Notes under the pieces: generated by a model
The model's database searches: none
What the model saw: the letters and a program-made list of their open reading frames with translations, nothing else
What the model was told of the DNA's origin: nothing
DNA from: Candidatus Versatilivorator sp.
GTDB taxonomy: Bacteria; Acidobacteriota; Terriglobia; Versatilivoradales; Versatilivoraceae
Direction: 5' to 3'
Assembly: GCA_965207735.1 (NCBI GenBank)
Contig: OZ242296.1
Location: forward strand, 3,904,001-3,968,000
DNA: 64,000 nucleotides
Translations under genes and position numbers: made by a program
Shown: piece by piece, positions 1 to 9,145 of the stretch
Layout: every line of letters begins with the position of its first letter
How positions within the stretch are numbered: the stretch's first letter is position 1

Positions 1-353
1 CTCGGGCCGCTACCGCCAGGCCCTGGATTTTCTGGCGGGTGGCCGAACAGTTGGGGTTTGACCATCCCAGGGGAAGGGAGGGGCAGCAGGCTCCCCGGAC
101 CGCGGAGGAGGAAGGCCGGGAATACCAGCGTGCCCTTTCGTTTTTCTGCGATCGGCTGGAAGCCGGGTTCGCGCCGGCCGAGCAATTGCCTCGCCTGCGG
201 CTGTTTCTGGCTTGGGGACACAAGTGGGTCCATTTCGGGCATTACCTTTCCACCCAGGTGAACCGCTGCCGCGACCTGAAGTCGGCGCGCCGGGTGATTG
301 ACGATTTTTTTGACACCCCCAAGCCGATGAAAGGCCGCACTCGACTCCAGTAG
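1..353 (+). CDS. tRNA-dihydrouridine synthase family protein, C-terminal part (runs off the window)
   Basis: Frame from position 3 reads RAATARPWIFWRVAEQ, resembling the GRxAxxxPWIF motif of Dus enzymes; stop at 351-353. Confidence 0.6.
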   Translation, partial: RAATARPWIFWRVAEQLGFDHPRGREGQQAPRTAEEEGREYQRALSFFCDRLEAGFAPAEQLPRLRLFLAWGHKWVHFGHYLSTQVNRCRDLKSARRVIDDFFDTPKPMKGRTRLQ

Positions 354-370
354 CCCTTCGGCGGCCGTTC

Positions 371-546
371 CTCAGGCCAAGGGCGGCCCCGGCCCTGGTG
401 GACGGATCGTTTGAGGATGAAATAGTCGGGAATCGACAATCCGTTCGTGACCTTGGTATCCCTTCGCGGTTGACCTCAACGCCTTGGTGGCCCTTCGTTG
501 ATCTTCGTGTCTCTTCGTGGATTACTCTTTTTCTCTTGTTTCGAAT
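371..546 (+). repeat. Degenerate copy of the ~183 bp non-coding unit that shares ends with the IS110 element
   Basis: Aligns by eye with 13728-13925 (CGGATC..TGAAA, GACCTTGGTATCCC, CTTCGTG triplet, T-tract, TTGTTTC). Confidence 0.75.
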
Positions 547-557
547 AGGGCAGGACC

Positions 558-1289
558 ATGTTGAGGGAGATACGGACAGCCGTGGCGCTGCTGAAATGGC
601 GCAAGGTCGGGGTCAGGCTCGGTGATTGTCCCTTGTGCGGCCGGACGGGGTTTATCAAGCTGGATGACTACGAGATGGCCGTCCGCTGTCTCAGGTGCCG
701 CTCCAGCGCGGCCACTCTCAGCTTTGTGAGCGTGCTGAAGGGCGTCCTCCCCGACCTGTCCCGCCGGCATGTGTACGAGTTGTCCTCAAGAGGCCCCCTG
801 GTGGGCTATCTTCGCGGGCGTGCCGGCAAGCTGACGCTTTCGGAGTATTTCGATGACGTGCCGCCCGGGCAATACAAGGCAGGGGTTCAATGTCAGGATG
901 TGCAACAACTGACCTATCCCGACGGCTGCTTCGACGTCTGCACCTCGACCGAAGTCTTCGAGCACGTTCCCTGCGACCTGGAGGGCTTTCGAGAGCTGCA
1001 CCGGGTGCTCAGGCCGGACGGGGTCCTCCTGTTCACCGTTCCCATGGACGGCGGTGAGAAGACGGTGGAGAGAGTCCGGCTGGTCAATGGTGGGCTGGAG
1101 CACCTGCTGCCACCGGAATATCATGGGGACCGCATTCGGGGTTCCGGGGCCGTTCTCTGCTTTCGCAACTATGGGACCGATATTCTGGATCGGCTGGGCG
1201 CGGCCGGCTTCAGCCGGCGTCGGCTGGTCCGGGGCGAGGATGTGACCGGCTGGGGTTTCGATCGACAGGTCGTGGTGGCTCGCAAGTAG
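558..1289 (+). CDS. Class I SAM-dependent methyltransferase-domain protein with N-terminal Cys pairs
   Basis: CPLC/CLRC pairs; FDVCTSTEVFEHV and RVLRPDGVLLFTVP motifs. Confidence 0.75.
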   Translation: MLREIRTAVALLKWRKVGVRLGDCPLCGRTGFIKLDDYEMAVRCLRCRSSAATLSFVSVLKGVLPDLSRRHVYELSSRGPLVGYLRGRAGKLTLSEYFDDVPPGQYKAGVQCQDVQQLTYPDGCFDVCTSTEVFEHVPCDLEGFRELHRVLRPDGVLLFTVPMDGGEKTVERVRLVNGGLEHLLPPEYHGDRIRGSGAVLCFRNYGTDILDRLGAAGFSRRRLVRGEDVTGWGFDRQVVVARK

Positions 1290-1342
1290 GCAGCCGGTAT
1301 GACCGAGAAGCCCCAATTTCTTTAATCCCGAGGGTCGCCTGA

Positions 1343-2572
1343 GTGGCCGTTTCCGCCGGCATGCAATGGTTCAAGAGCCATCTTGACCCCATCGTCTTCG
1401 GATTGACGACCCTGGCGGTCGCCTTGCCGGTGATCAGCATTGCGGTATCTCAGATCTTCCTGGGGCTGGCCATTCTGGGCTTCCTGCTGGACTGCCTCCT
1501 GAATCGCCGCAAGCGCGTCCATTTCCCTCCCATCAAACTGCCCCTGCTGCTCTTTGTCGGGACCACCATGGCGTCCTGGGCAGTCTCCCCTGAACCCGAA
1601 ATCGGCTTGCCTCCCATTTACAAGTTCTGGCTGTTTGCCATCCTCTTGCTGGTGGCCAATTATTTCTCCGGAACCAGGGCGCGCCTGGCCTTCCATGCAC
1701 TGTTCGCCACGGGTCTGGTGGCGGCCGGTTTTGCGCTGGCTCAATACGTGGCGCCTTCCCTGGGGAGTGTCCACGGCCGGTTGACCGGCTTCATGGGCCA
1801 TTGGATGACCTTGAGCGGGGGCCTGATGCTGGTGTTCCTGGCCATGCTCGGCTACCTGCTCTTCTCCGCCCCCAGGCGCCGAACGCTCTGGATGCTGGCC
1901 GTCTGCTTCCTGGGTGTGACCCTGCTGCTGACCCTGACCCGAAGTGTCTGGATCGCCAGTCTGGCCGGACTGCTGGTGGCCGCCTGGCTGAGGTTCCCCA
2001 CTCTGAAAACGGTGCTCGTCAGCAGCGCCGGCATCCTGATACTGGTGGTGTGCCTGCCCGATTCCCTTCAGCAGCGGCTGGCCAGCATCTGGGACCCGGC
2101 GCACCCGTCCAACGCCGCCCGCCTGGAGATCTGGAAGACGGGTGCGCAGATGGTGCAGGCCAACCCCTGGTTCGGGGTGGGTCCCCAGCGAGTCTCCGAA
2201 GTCTTCTTCGACTATCATCCCGACCCGGGAGCCCGTCACCGCGGGGGCTTCTTCTGGATCCACATGCACAACAACCTGCTTCAGTTCGCGGCCGAGCGAG
2301 GCGTTCCTTGTGCCCTTGCCTGGCTCTGGCTCATCCTCCGCATGGGGTGGGACCACTGGCGAGGCTTCAGGCGGGCCAGTCTTCCGTCCCTGGAAAAATC
2401 CGTTTATGCCGGGGGATTGCTCGGCCTGCTGGGGCTCTTCCTGGCCGGGCTGTTCGAGTTCAATTTCGGAGACTCCGAAGTATTGATGGTCTTTCTGTTC
2501 CTGGTGTCGGCCCCCTATGCCTTGGGCTCAACCACGCGGGACGCGCTCGGGGACCCCGAACCGGCCGTGTGA
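1343..2572 (+). CDS. O-antigen ligase family membrane protein
   Basis: Many TM segments; LTLTRSVW, ARLEIW, PWFGVG, HMHNNLLQ motifs. Confidence 0.85.
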   Translation: MAVSAGMQWFKSHLDPIVFGLTTLAVALPVISIAVSQIFLGLAILGFLLDCLLNRRKRVHFPPIKLPLLLFVGTTMASWAVSPEPEIGLPPIYKFWLFAILLLVANYFSGTRARLAFHALFATGLVAAGFALAQYVAPSLGSVHGRLTGFMGHWMTLSGGLMLVFLAMLGYLLFSAPRRRTLWMLAVCFLGVTLLLTLTRSVWIASLAGLLVAAWLRFPTLKTVLVSSAGILILVVCLPDSLQQRLASIWDPAHPSNAARLEIWKTGAQMVQANPWFGVGPQRVSEVFFDYHPDPGARHRGGFFWIHMHNNLLQFAAERGVPCALAWLWLILRMGWDHWRGFRRASLPSLEKSVYAGGLLGLLGLFLAGLFEFNFGDSEVLMVFLFLVSAPYALGSTTRDALGDPEPAV

Positions 2573-2575
2573 AAA

Positions 2576-2691
2576 GGGGACGTTGTTGAATTACTGGAAT
2601 TACTTGTAGAGAGCGCATAGGAGACGTCATTGAATCAAAGCAATTCAGCAGCAGCTGATTGAAGTAATTCCAGTAATTCAACAACGTCCCC
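2576..2691. mobile_element. 116 bp MITE-like element, copy 1
   Basis: Perfect 30 bp terminal inverted repeat GGGGACGTTGTTGAATTACTGGAATTACTT; second copy at 32658-32773. Confidence 0.8.
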
Positions 2692-2913
2692 AGCGCTGTG
2701 CGCGAAGCGCACCGGCTTGCAGAGGAGTCGGGGCGCGCCTCGTCGGACAAGGAGGTCCATTTCTCTTAGTGTTCCTTGGAGCGAGTGCTACTGTACAATA
2801 CGGTGGCGCCCACTGAAGACAAGCCGGTATCTTTTCTCTCCTCGGGCGGCGGCGGAGAGGGAAGAGCGACAGGCTCCCCGTTCGTGGGTCAGGACTGAAC
2901 CCCGGAACCAGCC

Positions 2914-4086
2914 ATGGCTGAGATCACCATGCCGAAACTCAGTGACACCATGGAAGACGGCGTGGTGTTGCGTTGGCTCAAGAGTATCGGAGAGACGGTG
3001 GCCAAGGGAGAGGTGGTGGCGGAGATCGAGACCGACAAGGCCACAATGGAGATGGAGTCCCGGGAGGACGGCGTTCTGTCGGAAATTTACGTTGAGGAGG
3101 GCCAAAGGGCTTCCGTCGGTCAACCTATGGCTGCAATCGATGCCGGAGGCCAGTCGTCGCGATCGGCTGAGGTAGCCGCGGAAGTTGCGTCTCCCGAGAT
3201 ACCCGCGAGGACCACCGGCGGAGCGGCTCCCTCAGGGAGGGTCAAGGCCTCGCCCCGGGCTCGAAAAGCCGCCGAGGAGATGAATCTGGACTTGGCCGGC
3301 GTGGAGGGTTCCGGACCCTCGGGCCGCGTTCTCTATCGAGACGTTCTGGCTGCCGGCAGCGCCGGAGCATCCTCGGACCACCCCCCCGCGGCCGGAAGCC
3401 ACCGGGTTCCGCTGAGTTCCATGCGGCAGCTCATCGCTGAACGCATGGTGGAGAGTAAGACCCGGATTCCCCATTTCTATCTGCAGGTGGAGATCGATGC
3501 CGAACCCCTGCTGGAGTTGCAGGGCCAGGTCAACTCCGCCTTGGAGGAGTGGGGCGGAAGCAGGCTGAGCCTCAATGACATGGTGTTGAAGGCGGCGGCC
3601 GTGGCCCTGACCCGGGTGCCTCAGCTCAATGCTTCCTTCACGCCGGAGGGCATTGTTCGCCATGATCAGGTGGACCTGGAGTTTGCGGTCAGCCTGGAGG
3701 AGGGGTTGTTGACGCCGGTGATCCGAAGCGCCGAATCCAAGAGCCTGCGACAGATCAGCCGGGAGGCGAAGGATCTGATTGAAAGAGCGCGCAGTCAGCG
3801 GTTGAACCCCGATGAGTATCGCGGCGGCACCTTTACCGTTTCCAACCTGGGCGCCCGGGGCATTGACAGCTTCCAGGCCATCATCGATCCCCCCCAGGCA
3901 GCCATTCTGGGAGTGGGCGCCATCGTCAAGAAGCCGGTGGTCGACAAGGACGATCGCATTCGGCCGGGTCATCGGCTCAACCTGACCTTGAGTTGCGATC
4001 ACCGGGTGGTCGACGGCGCCGTGGCGGCCGAATTTCTTGGCCGGATTCGGAGGCTGCTCCAGCAACCGGCGTTGCTGCTGTTGTAG
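2914..4086 (+). CDS. pdhC: Dihydrolipoamide acyltransferase (E2) of a 2-oxoacid dehydrogenase complex
   Basis: Lipoyl domain ETDKA, E3-binding ASPRARK, catalytic DHRVVDG. Confidence 0.9.
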   Translation: MAEITMPKLSDTMEDGVVLRWLKSIGETVAKGEVVAEIETDKATMEMESREDGVLSEIYVEEGQRASVGQPMAAIDAGGQSSRSAEVAAEVASPEIPARTTGGAAPSGRVKASPRARKAAEEMNLDLAGVEGSGPSGRVLYRDVLAAGSAGASSDHPPAAGSHRVPLSSMRQLIAERMVESKTRIPHFYLQVEIDAEPLLELQGQVNSALEEWGGSRLSLNDMVLKAAAVALTRVPQLNASFTPEGIVRHDQVDLEFAVSLEEGLLTPVIRSAESKSLRQISREAKDLIERARSQRLNPDEYRGGTFTVSNLGARGIDSFQAIIDPPQAAILGVGAIVKKPVVDKDDRIRPGHRLNLTLSCDHRVVDGAVAAEFLGRIRRLLQQPALLLL

Positions 4087-4229
4087 CCCGCGGTCGAGCC
4101 GCCCGGCCAAGACCTCCGTGGCGGGAGCCGCCCCCGCGGGCAATTGCGATCGGGTCCGGCTAAAGTTCCCGGAGTGTCTTCCCTCAACCGAAGCCATCCA
4201 TAGGGTTCATCGATCTCGAGAGACTCACG

Positions 4230-5609
4230 ATGCCTGAGAGCTACGACCTGGTGGTGATTGGAGGTGGCCCCGCGGGATACGTGGGCGCCATTCGGGCGGC
4301 GCAGTTGGGCAAGAGGGTGGCTTGCGTCGAGATGGACCGGGCCGGGGGGACCTGCCTGAACTGGGGATGCATTCCCAGCAAGTCGCTGCTGCGGAACGCC
4401 GAGCTCTATCGGCTTCTGAAAAACCGGGCCGGGGACTTTGGCCTGAAGTTCGAGGGATTGTCCTTCGAGTGGTCCGGGATCATGGGAAGAAGCCGAAAGG
4501 TGGCCGATCAGCTTGCCGGAGGCGTCGCTTTCCTGTTCCGGAAAAACCGGGTCGACTACCTGGTGGGCAAGGCAGAGCTGGCCGAGCCGGGTCTGGTCAC
4601 CGCGGAACTCTCCGACGGCTCCAGGCGTCGCCTGGAGGCTGCTTGCGTCCTGGTCAGCACCGGGGTTCGCCCCCGCTCCCTGCCGGGTCTGCCCTTCGAT
4701 GGAAAGAGGGTCATCGGAAGCAAGGAGGCCTTGGCGTTGAACGCGCCTCCGGCATCCATGGTGATCATTGGGGCCGGGGCCATCGGGGTGGAGTTCGCTT
4801 ACTTCTACAACGCCTTCGGCACCCGTGTCACCTTGCTGGAAATGATGCCGCGTGTGCTTCCGGTCGAAGACGAGGAAGTGTCCCTAGCCCTGGCCCGGTC
4901 CTTCAGCCGGCAGGGCATCGAGGTTCACACCTCCACCCGGGTGGAAGAGGGGGTGGCGACTCAATACGGTGTTCAGGTGAGCTTCGGTGGTGAAACTACC
5001 GGCAGAGTGGAGGCTGAGGCGGTACTGGTGGCCGTGGGGGTGGATGCGCTTCTGCCACCCGGGCTGGAACTCGAAACCGATCGGGGCTATATCAAGGTGG
5101 ATCGCAACTATCGGACCTCGGTAGAGGGCGTCTATGCCGCCGGGGATGTGATTGGGCCGCCCTGGTTGGCTCATGTGGCCAGCTACCAGGCCGTTCAGGC
5201 CGTCGAGGGTCTTTTCGGGAAAGGGAAGCCCAGGCCGCTCCCCCATTATCCGAGCTGCACCTACTGCAACCCTCAGGTCGCCAGCGTCGGGCTCACCGAA
5301 CGGGCCGCCAGGGAATCGGGCCAGTCCTACCGCGTCGGCCGATACCCCTTCAGGGCCAATGGCAAGGCCCTGGCGGTTGGGGAGAGCGAGGGGTTTGTGA
5401 AGCTGATTTTCGGCAAAGCTGACGGGGAACTATTGGGGGCTCACCTGATCGGCTCCGAGGCCACCGAGCTGATCGGACAGCTTGGGTTGGCCATGACGCT
5501 GGGAGCCACCTTCGAAGACCTCGAGGCCACCATCCAGGCCCATCCCACGCTGGGTGAAGCCGTTCATGAAGCCGGCGCGGCCGCCTTTGGCCGGGCTATC
5601 CACCTCTGA
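4230..5609 (+). CDS. lpdA: Dihydrolipoamide dehydrogenase (E3)
   Basis: GGGPAGY, GGTCLNWGCIPSK, GAGAIG, HPTLGE. Confidence 0.95.
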   Translation: MPESYDLVVIGGGPAGYVGAIRAAQLGKRVACVEMDRAGGTCLNWGCIPSKSLLRNAELYRLLKNRAGDFGLKFEGLSFEWSGIMGRSRKVADQLAGGVAFLFRKNRVDYLVGKAELAEPGLVTAELSDGSRRRLEAACVLVSTGVRPRSLPGLPFDGKRVIGSKEALALNAPPASMVIIGAGAIGVEFAYFYNAFGTRVTLLEMMPRVLPVEDEEVSLALARSFSRQGIEVHTSTRVEEGVATQYGVQVSFGGETTGRVEAEAVLVAVGVDALLPPGLELETDRGYIKVDRNYRTSVEGVYAAGDVIGPPWLAHVASYQAVQAVEGLFGKGKPRPLPHYPSCTYCNPQVASVGLTERAARESGQSYRVGRYPFRANGKALAVGESEGFVKLIFGKADGELLGAHLIGSEATELIGQLGLAMTLGATFEDLEATIQAHPTLGEAVHEAGAAAFGRAIHL

Positions 5610-5639
5610 CAATTGCAGTTCCAAACGAGGTCTCCATCC

Positions 5640-7055
5640 GTGAGCCATCCTCTTCCTGAGTACTTTCGCCCCCTGGGGGATACCGATATCCGGTGTCATC
5701 CTCTGGGATTCGGCTGCTATCGCATCGCCGAGGGGGTCGCAGAACACGAAGCCGCGCTTCGGGAGTACCTGGGGCGGGGAGGGAACCTGATCGACACCAG
5801 CGCCAACTACACCGACGGCCGGTCGGAATCGCTGGTGGGCAAGGTTCTTTCCGGGAACGGGGCTTCCGGGGCGGTGGTGGTCACCAAGGCCGGCTACATT
5901 CAGGGTCAGAACATGACCCTGGCCCAACAGCACTCCTTCCCGGAGGTGGTGGAGTACGGCGAGGGGATCTGGCACTGCATCCACCCCCGGTTCCTGGAGA
6001 CCCAGCTCAGGGCTTCCTGCCGGCGTCTGAAGCGGGATCGGGTGGACGTGTTTCTGCTGCACAATCCGGAATACTTTCTCAGCCACCAGGCCCACGACCA
6101 CACGCCGACACCTCAGGACCACCAGGAGTTCTACCGCCGCATCGGACAGGCCTTCGATTATCTCGAGGACCAGGCCAGGGAGGGTCGCATAGGCTGGTAC
6201 GGAATCAGTTCCAACCACTACGGCCTGTCCGCCGCGGATCCAACCATGACCAGCGTCCAGCGGTGCCTCCGCCAGGCGGAAGGGATTTCCTCCGGCCATC
6301 GCTTCCGAGTGGTCCAGCTACCGCTCAACCCCTACGAGAGCGGCGGTGCCCTGGAGCCTAACAACGACGGCCTGACCGCCCTCGAATTCTGCCGGCGGGA
6401 AGGACTGGGGGTGCTCATCAATCGCCCCCTCAACGCCTTCTCCGAGAACCGGATGTTTCGGCTTTCCGATTTCCCCGGGCAGGGTCAGGCGGCGGGCGGC
6501 CCGAAGGGTCTCGAACTGCTGGTCGGCCCGTTGCGCCAGTTGGAGCAGTCGTTGGCCGACCGACTGAAGGTTCCCTTGCTTGGCGGCCCCGACTATGGCG
6601 TGGCCGGATTGATCCTCCGGATCGCTCCCCAGGTGCGCGCCGCCTCAGACTGGGACTGGGTGGTGGAGAGATATGTGGCTCCTCCCCTTCAGCAGTGGAT
6701 CCAGGATTGCCAAAAAGCTTGTCAGGGCGAGGCCTTTTGGGAAGAGTGGCGGGAGCGGTACTTTCAGGCCATTCGAACCCTACTGGAAGATCTGGAGCAC
6801 TTTACGCTGTCTCAGCAGCAGGAAGAGTCCGACCGGGTCCGGAGCCTGCTGGAGGCGTGCGGGTATCCGAGGACCCGGGCTTCGCTGAGTCAGATAGCCA
6901 TGAGCCTCCTGCTGAATCTCGAGGGGGTCTCCTGCGTCCTCAATGGAATGCGGCGGGTAACCTATGTGCAGGATGCGATGGGGGCCGTTGGACTGCCTCC
7001 GGTGGACGCTCTCTCCATTCTGCAGGAGTTCTCACGGAAGGGGTTGGCGAAGTAA
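5640..7055 (+). CDS. Aldo/keto reductase family protein with C-terminal extension
   Basis: LGFGCYRI, IDTSANYTDGRSE, VVVTKAG, LLHNPE; GTG start after GAGGT. Confidence 0.8.
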   Translation: MSHPLPEYFRPLGDTDIRCHPLGFGCYRIAEGVAEHEAALREYLGRGGNLIDTSANYTDGRSESLVGKVLSGNGASGAVVVTKAGYIQGQNMTLAQQHSFPEVVEYGEGIWHCIHPRFLETQLRASCRRLKRDRVDVFLLHNPEYFLSHQAHDHTPTPQDHQEFYRRIGQAFDYLEDQAREGRIGWYGISSNHYGLSAADPTMTSVQRCLRQAEGISSGHRFRVVQLPLNPYESGGALEPNNDGLTALEFCRREGLGVLINRPLNAFSENRMFRLSDFPGQGQAAGGPKGLELLVGPLRQLEQSLADRLKVPLLGGPDYGVAGLILRIAPQVRAASDWDWVVERYVAPPLQQWIQDCQKACQGEAFWEEWRERYFQAIRTLLEDLEHFTLSQQQEESDRVRSLLEACGYPRTRASLSQIAMSLLLNLEGVSCVLNGMRRVTYVQDAMGAVGLPPVDALSILQEFSRKGLAK

Positions 7056-7069
7056 GCCGAGGTGTGACC

Positions 7070-9061
7070 ATGATTTGTGGGATTCAAGCCACTACCGCCA
7101 TGCTGTTGCAGAGCCCTCTTTCAATCCTGGCGCGGCACGGATTCAGGTCTGGACGGCTGCCATTGGCGGCGGCGCTCCTGCTCCCGGCCGCGAACGGCCT
7201 CTGCCAGAATCCGCCCCCGGCCCAATCTCCCTCCCTTCAGCCCGATCCGATCGTGGTCACGGTCTCGGCCAAGGCCATTCCGCTCTCGGCCAGTTCGGCC
7301 TCGGTGACCATCCTCACCAGAGAGTTCGTGGAAAACAGCCGGGCCGAAAGCATGGCCGACCTGCTGCGCCAGGTCCCGTTTCTCTATCTGTCTCAGACCG
7401 GGGGGCGGGGCGGGTTGACGACGATTTCCCTGCGGGGAGGCGAAGCCAACTTCACCCTGGTCATGATCGACGGGGTTCCGGTGAACGATCCCACCAACCT
7501 GCTCGGGGGCGCGGTCGACTTCTCAACCCTGAGCACGGACAACGTCGAGCAAATCGAGATCGTTCGTGGGCCGATATCCTCTCTGTACGGGTCGGAGGGG
7601 ATCGGCGGAGTCATCAACATCCTTACCCGAGGCGGAGGGGACGTTCCCCACTTCTCCGTGGAAGGGGCGCTGGGCAATTTCGGCTCCGGTCGAGCCGGAT
7701 TTCAGTCCGGAGGCAAGTTGGGTGGGATCGACTGGTCCCTGTCCGGATCCTACTTCGACATCGACGAGCAGATCGAAAACGATGACTTTTCGGTGGGGAC
7801 GTTCTCATTCAAGTCGGCGCTTCCCTTGGGAGACGGCAAGGCGCTGCAGTTCGCCACCCGCTACCAGGACAGCCGCTCCAAGGGATTCCCGGAAAACGGC
7901 GGCGGCCCCGGGTTCTCCATCCTGCGGGATCCCAAGGTTGCCGACGTCGAGCAACTGACCCTGCGAATGGGGTACCAGCAGCAGGTCTCCCCGGGGTGGC
8001 TCTACGGCTTCGACTTCGACCTGTTCTCCCGCCAACAGGACGATACGGCTCCAGCGGTCCTGGACGGATTGCCCCCATCCCCCCGTGCCCTTCCCCCGCT
8101 GAGCAGCCAAACCGGTTTCCACCGGTTGCGGGTGGGTTTCACGACTCAACTGGACCTGACTCCGGAACTGTCGCTCAACCTGGGGGCCCGGGTCAGAAAC
8201 GAAGATGGGTCCAACGACACTCTGATTGCCGGCATTTTCCCCAGTGTCTTCGACCTGGAGCGCCAAACTCTGGCCGGCACCGGAGAAATCCTCTATCGAG
8301 CCGGCCGGCTCACCCTGAGCTTCGGCGGCCGGGTGGACGGCGCCGAAGGCTTCGACGCCGTGTTCTCTCCCAGAGCAGGCGCGGTGGTTTCCCTGGGAGA
8401 GCGGACCCGCTTGAAAACCAGCTGGGGAGACGGGTTCAAGTTGCCCTCCTTCTACGCCCTGGCGGAACCGAATATCGGCAATCCCGAGCTTCAGCCGGAG
8501 AGGAGCCGCGGTTTTGACCTCGGCTTCGAGCACACTCTGCAGGTGTCTCGATTGCATCTGTCCGGAGCCGTCTTCCACAACTCGTTCAGAGACCTGGTCG
8601 ACTTCAGTCCCCAGTTGTTCCAGCTCGTCAACCGAAGCCGGGCCACCACCCGAGGAGTGGAATTCGGAGCCGCCCTGCCACTGAATGGAAAGGGGCGGTT
8701 GGGAGGCCACCTGCAGTTCCTGGACTGGGAGTTGCAAGGAACCACTGAACCTCTGAGGGACCGCCCTCGCTGGAGGGGAGGCTCCTATGTGGACTGGGAA
8801 CTCCACCCCCGAGCTCGCTTGCGATGGGATATCCTCTGGGTGGGCGAGCGCTTCGATTTCCAGCTTCCCATTCCGGACATGGAAACCGTGGGGGGGTACT
8901 CCACCTCCAGCGTGGTTTTCGGCTACCAGCTTCCCCACGGACTGGAGGCTTTCGGGCGGGTCGACAACGTCTTCGACAGCAGCTACCACGAGTTCATAGG
9001 ATTCCCGCATCCGGGCATTTACGCCCGGGCCGGACTTCGCCTCCGGGTGCTCGGCCGATGA
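7070..9061 (+). CDS. TonB-dependent outer membrane receptor (BtuB-like)
   Basis: IVVTVSA TonB box; plug motifs LVMIDGVP and IEIVRGPISSLYGSEGIGGVINI; NPELQPERS; start uncertain. Confidence 0.88.
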   Translation: MICGIQATTAMLLQSPLSILARHGFRSGRLPLAAALLLPAANGLCQNPPPAQSPSLQPDPIVVTVSAKAIPLSASSASVTILTREFVENSRAESMADLLRQVPFLYLSQTGGRGGLTTISLRGGEANFTLVMIDGVPVNDPTNLLGGAVDFSTLSTDNVEQIEIVRGPISSLYGSEGIGGVINILTRGGGDVPHFSVEGALGNFGSGRAGFQSGGKLGGIDWSLSGSYFDIDEQIENDDFSVGTFSFKSALPLGDGKALQFATRYQDSRSKGFPENGGGPGFSILRDPKVADVEQLTLRMGYQQQVSPGWLYGFDFDLFSRQQDDTAPAVLDGLPPSPRALPPLSSQTGFHRLRVGFTTQLDLTPELSLNLGARVRNEDGSNDTLIAGIFPSVFDLERQTLAGTGEILYRAGRLTLSFGGRVDGAEGFDAVFSPRAGAVVSLGERTRLKTSWGDGFKLPSFYALAEPNIGNPELQPERSRGFDLGFEHTLQVSRLHLSGAVFHNSFRDLVDFSPQLFQLVNRSRATTRGVEFGAALPLNGKGRLGGHLQFLDWELQGTTEPLRDRPRWRGGSYVDWELHPRARLRWDILWVGERFDFQLPIPDMETVGGYSTSSVVFGYQLPHGLEAFGRVDNVFDSSYHEFIGFPHPGIYARAGLRLRVLGR

Positions 9062-9085
9062 TGCTCGGATTCCTATTGATGGAGA

Positions 9086-9145
9086 GAGCCTTTTGCAAAA
9101 AATCCGCAAGTAGGGGCGCTGAGCGACGAATCTTGCAAAAGGCTC
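9086..9145. mobile_element. 60 bp miniature element with the ends of the IS at 38196-39682; possible bidirectional terminator
   Basis: GAGCCTTTTGCAA ... TTGCAAAAGGCTC between convergent genes, overlapping the purA stop codon. Confidence 0.7.

Noticed and set aside
2914-5609. E2/E3 without adjacent E1 as a novelty
   Set aside because: Split dehydrogenase operons are common; E1 is probably elsewhere
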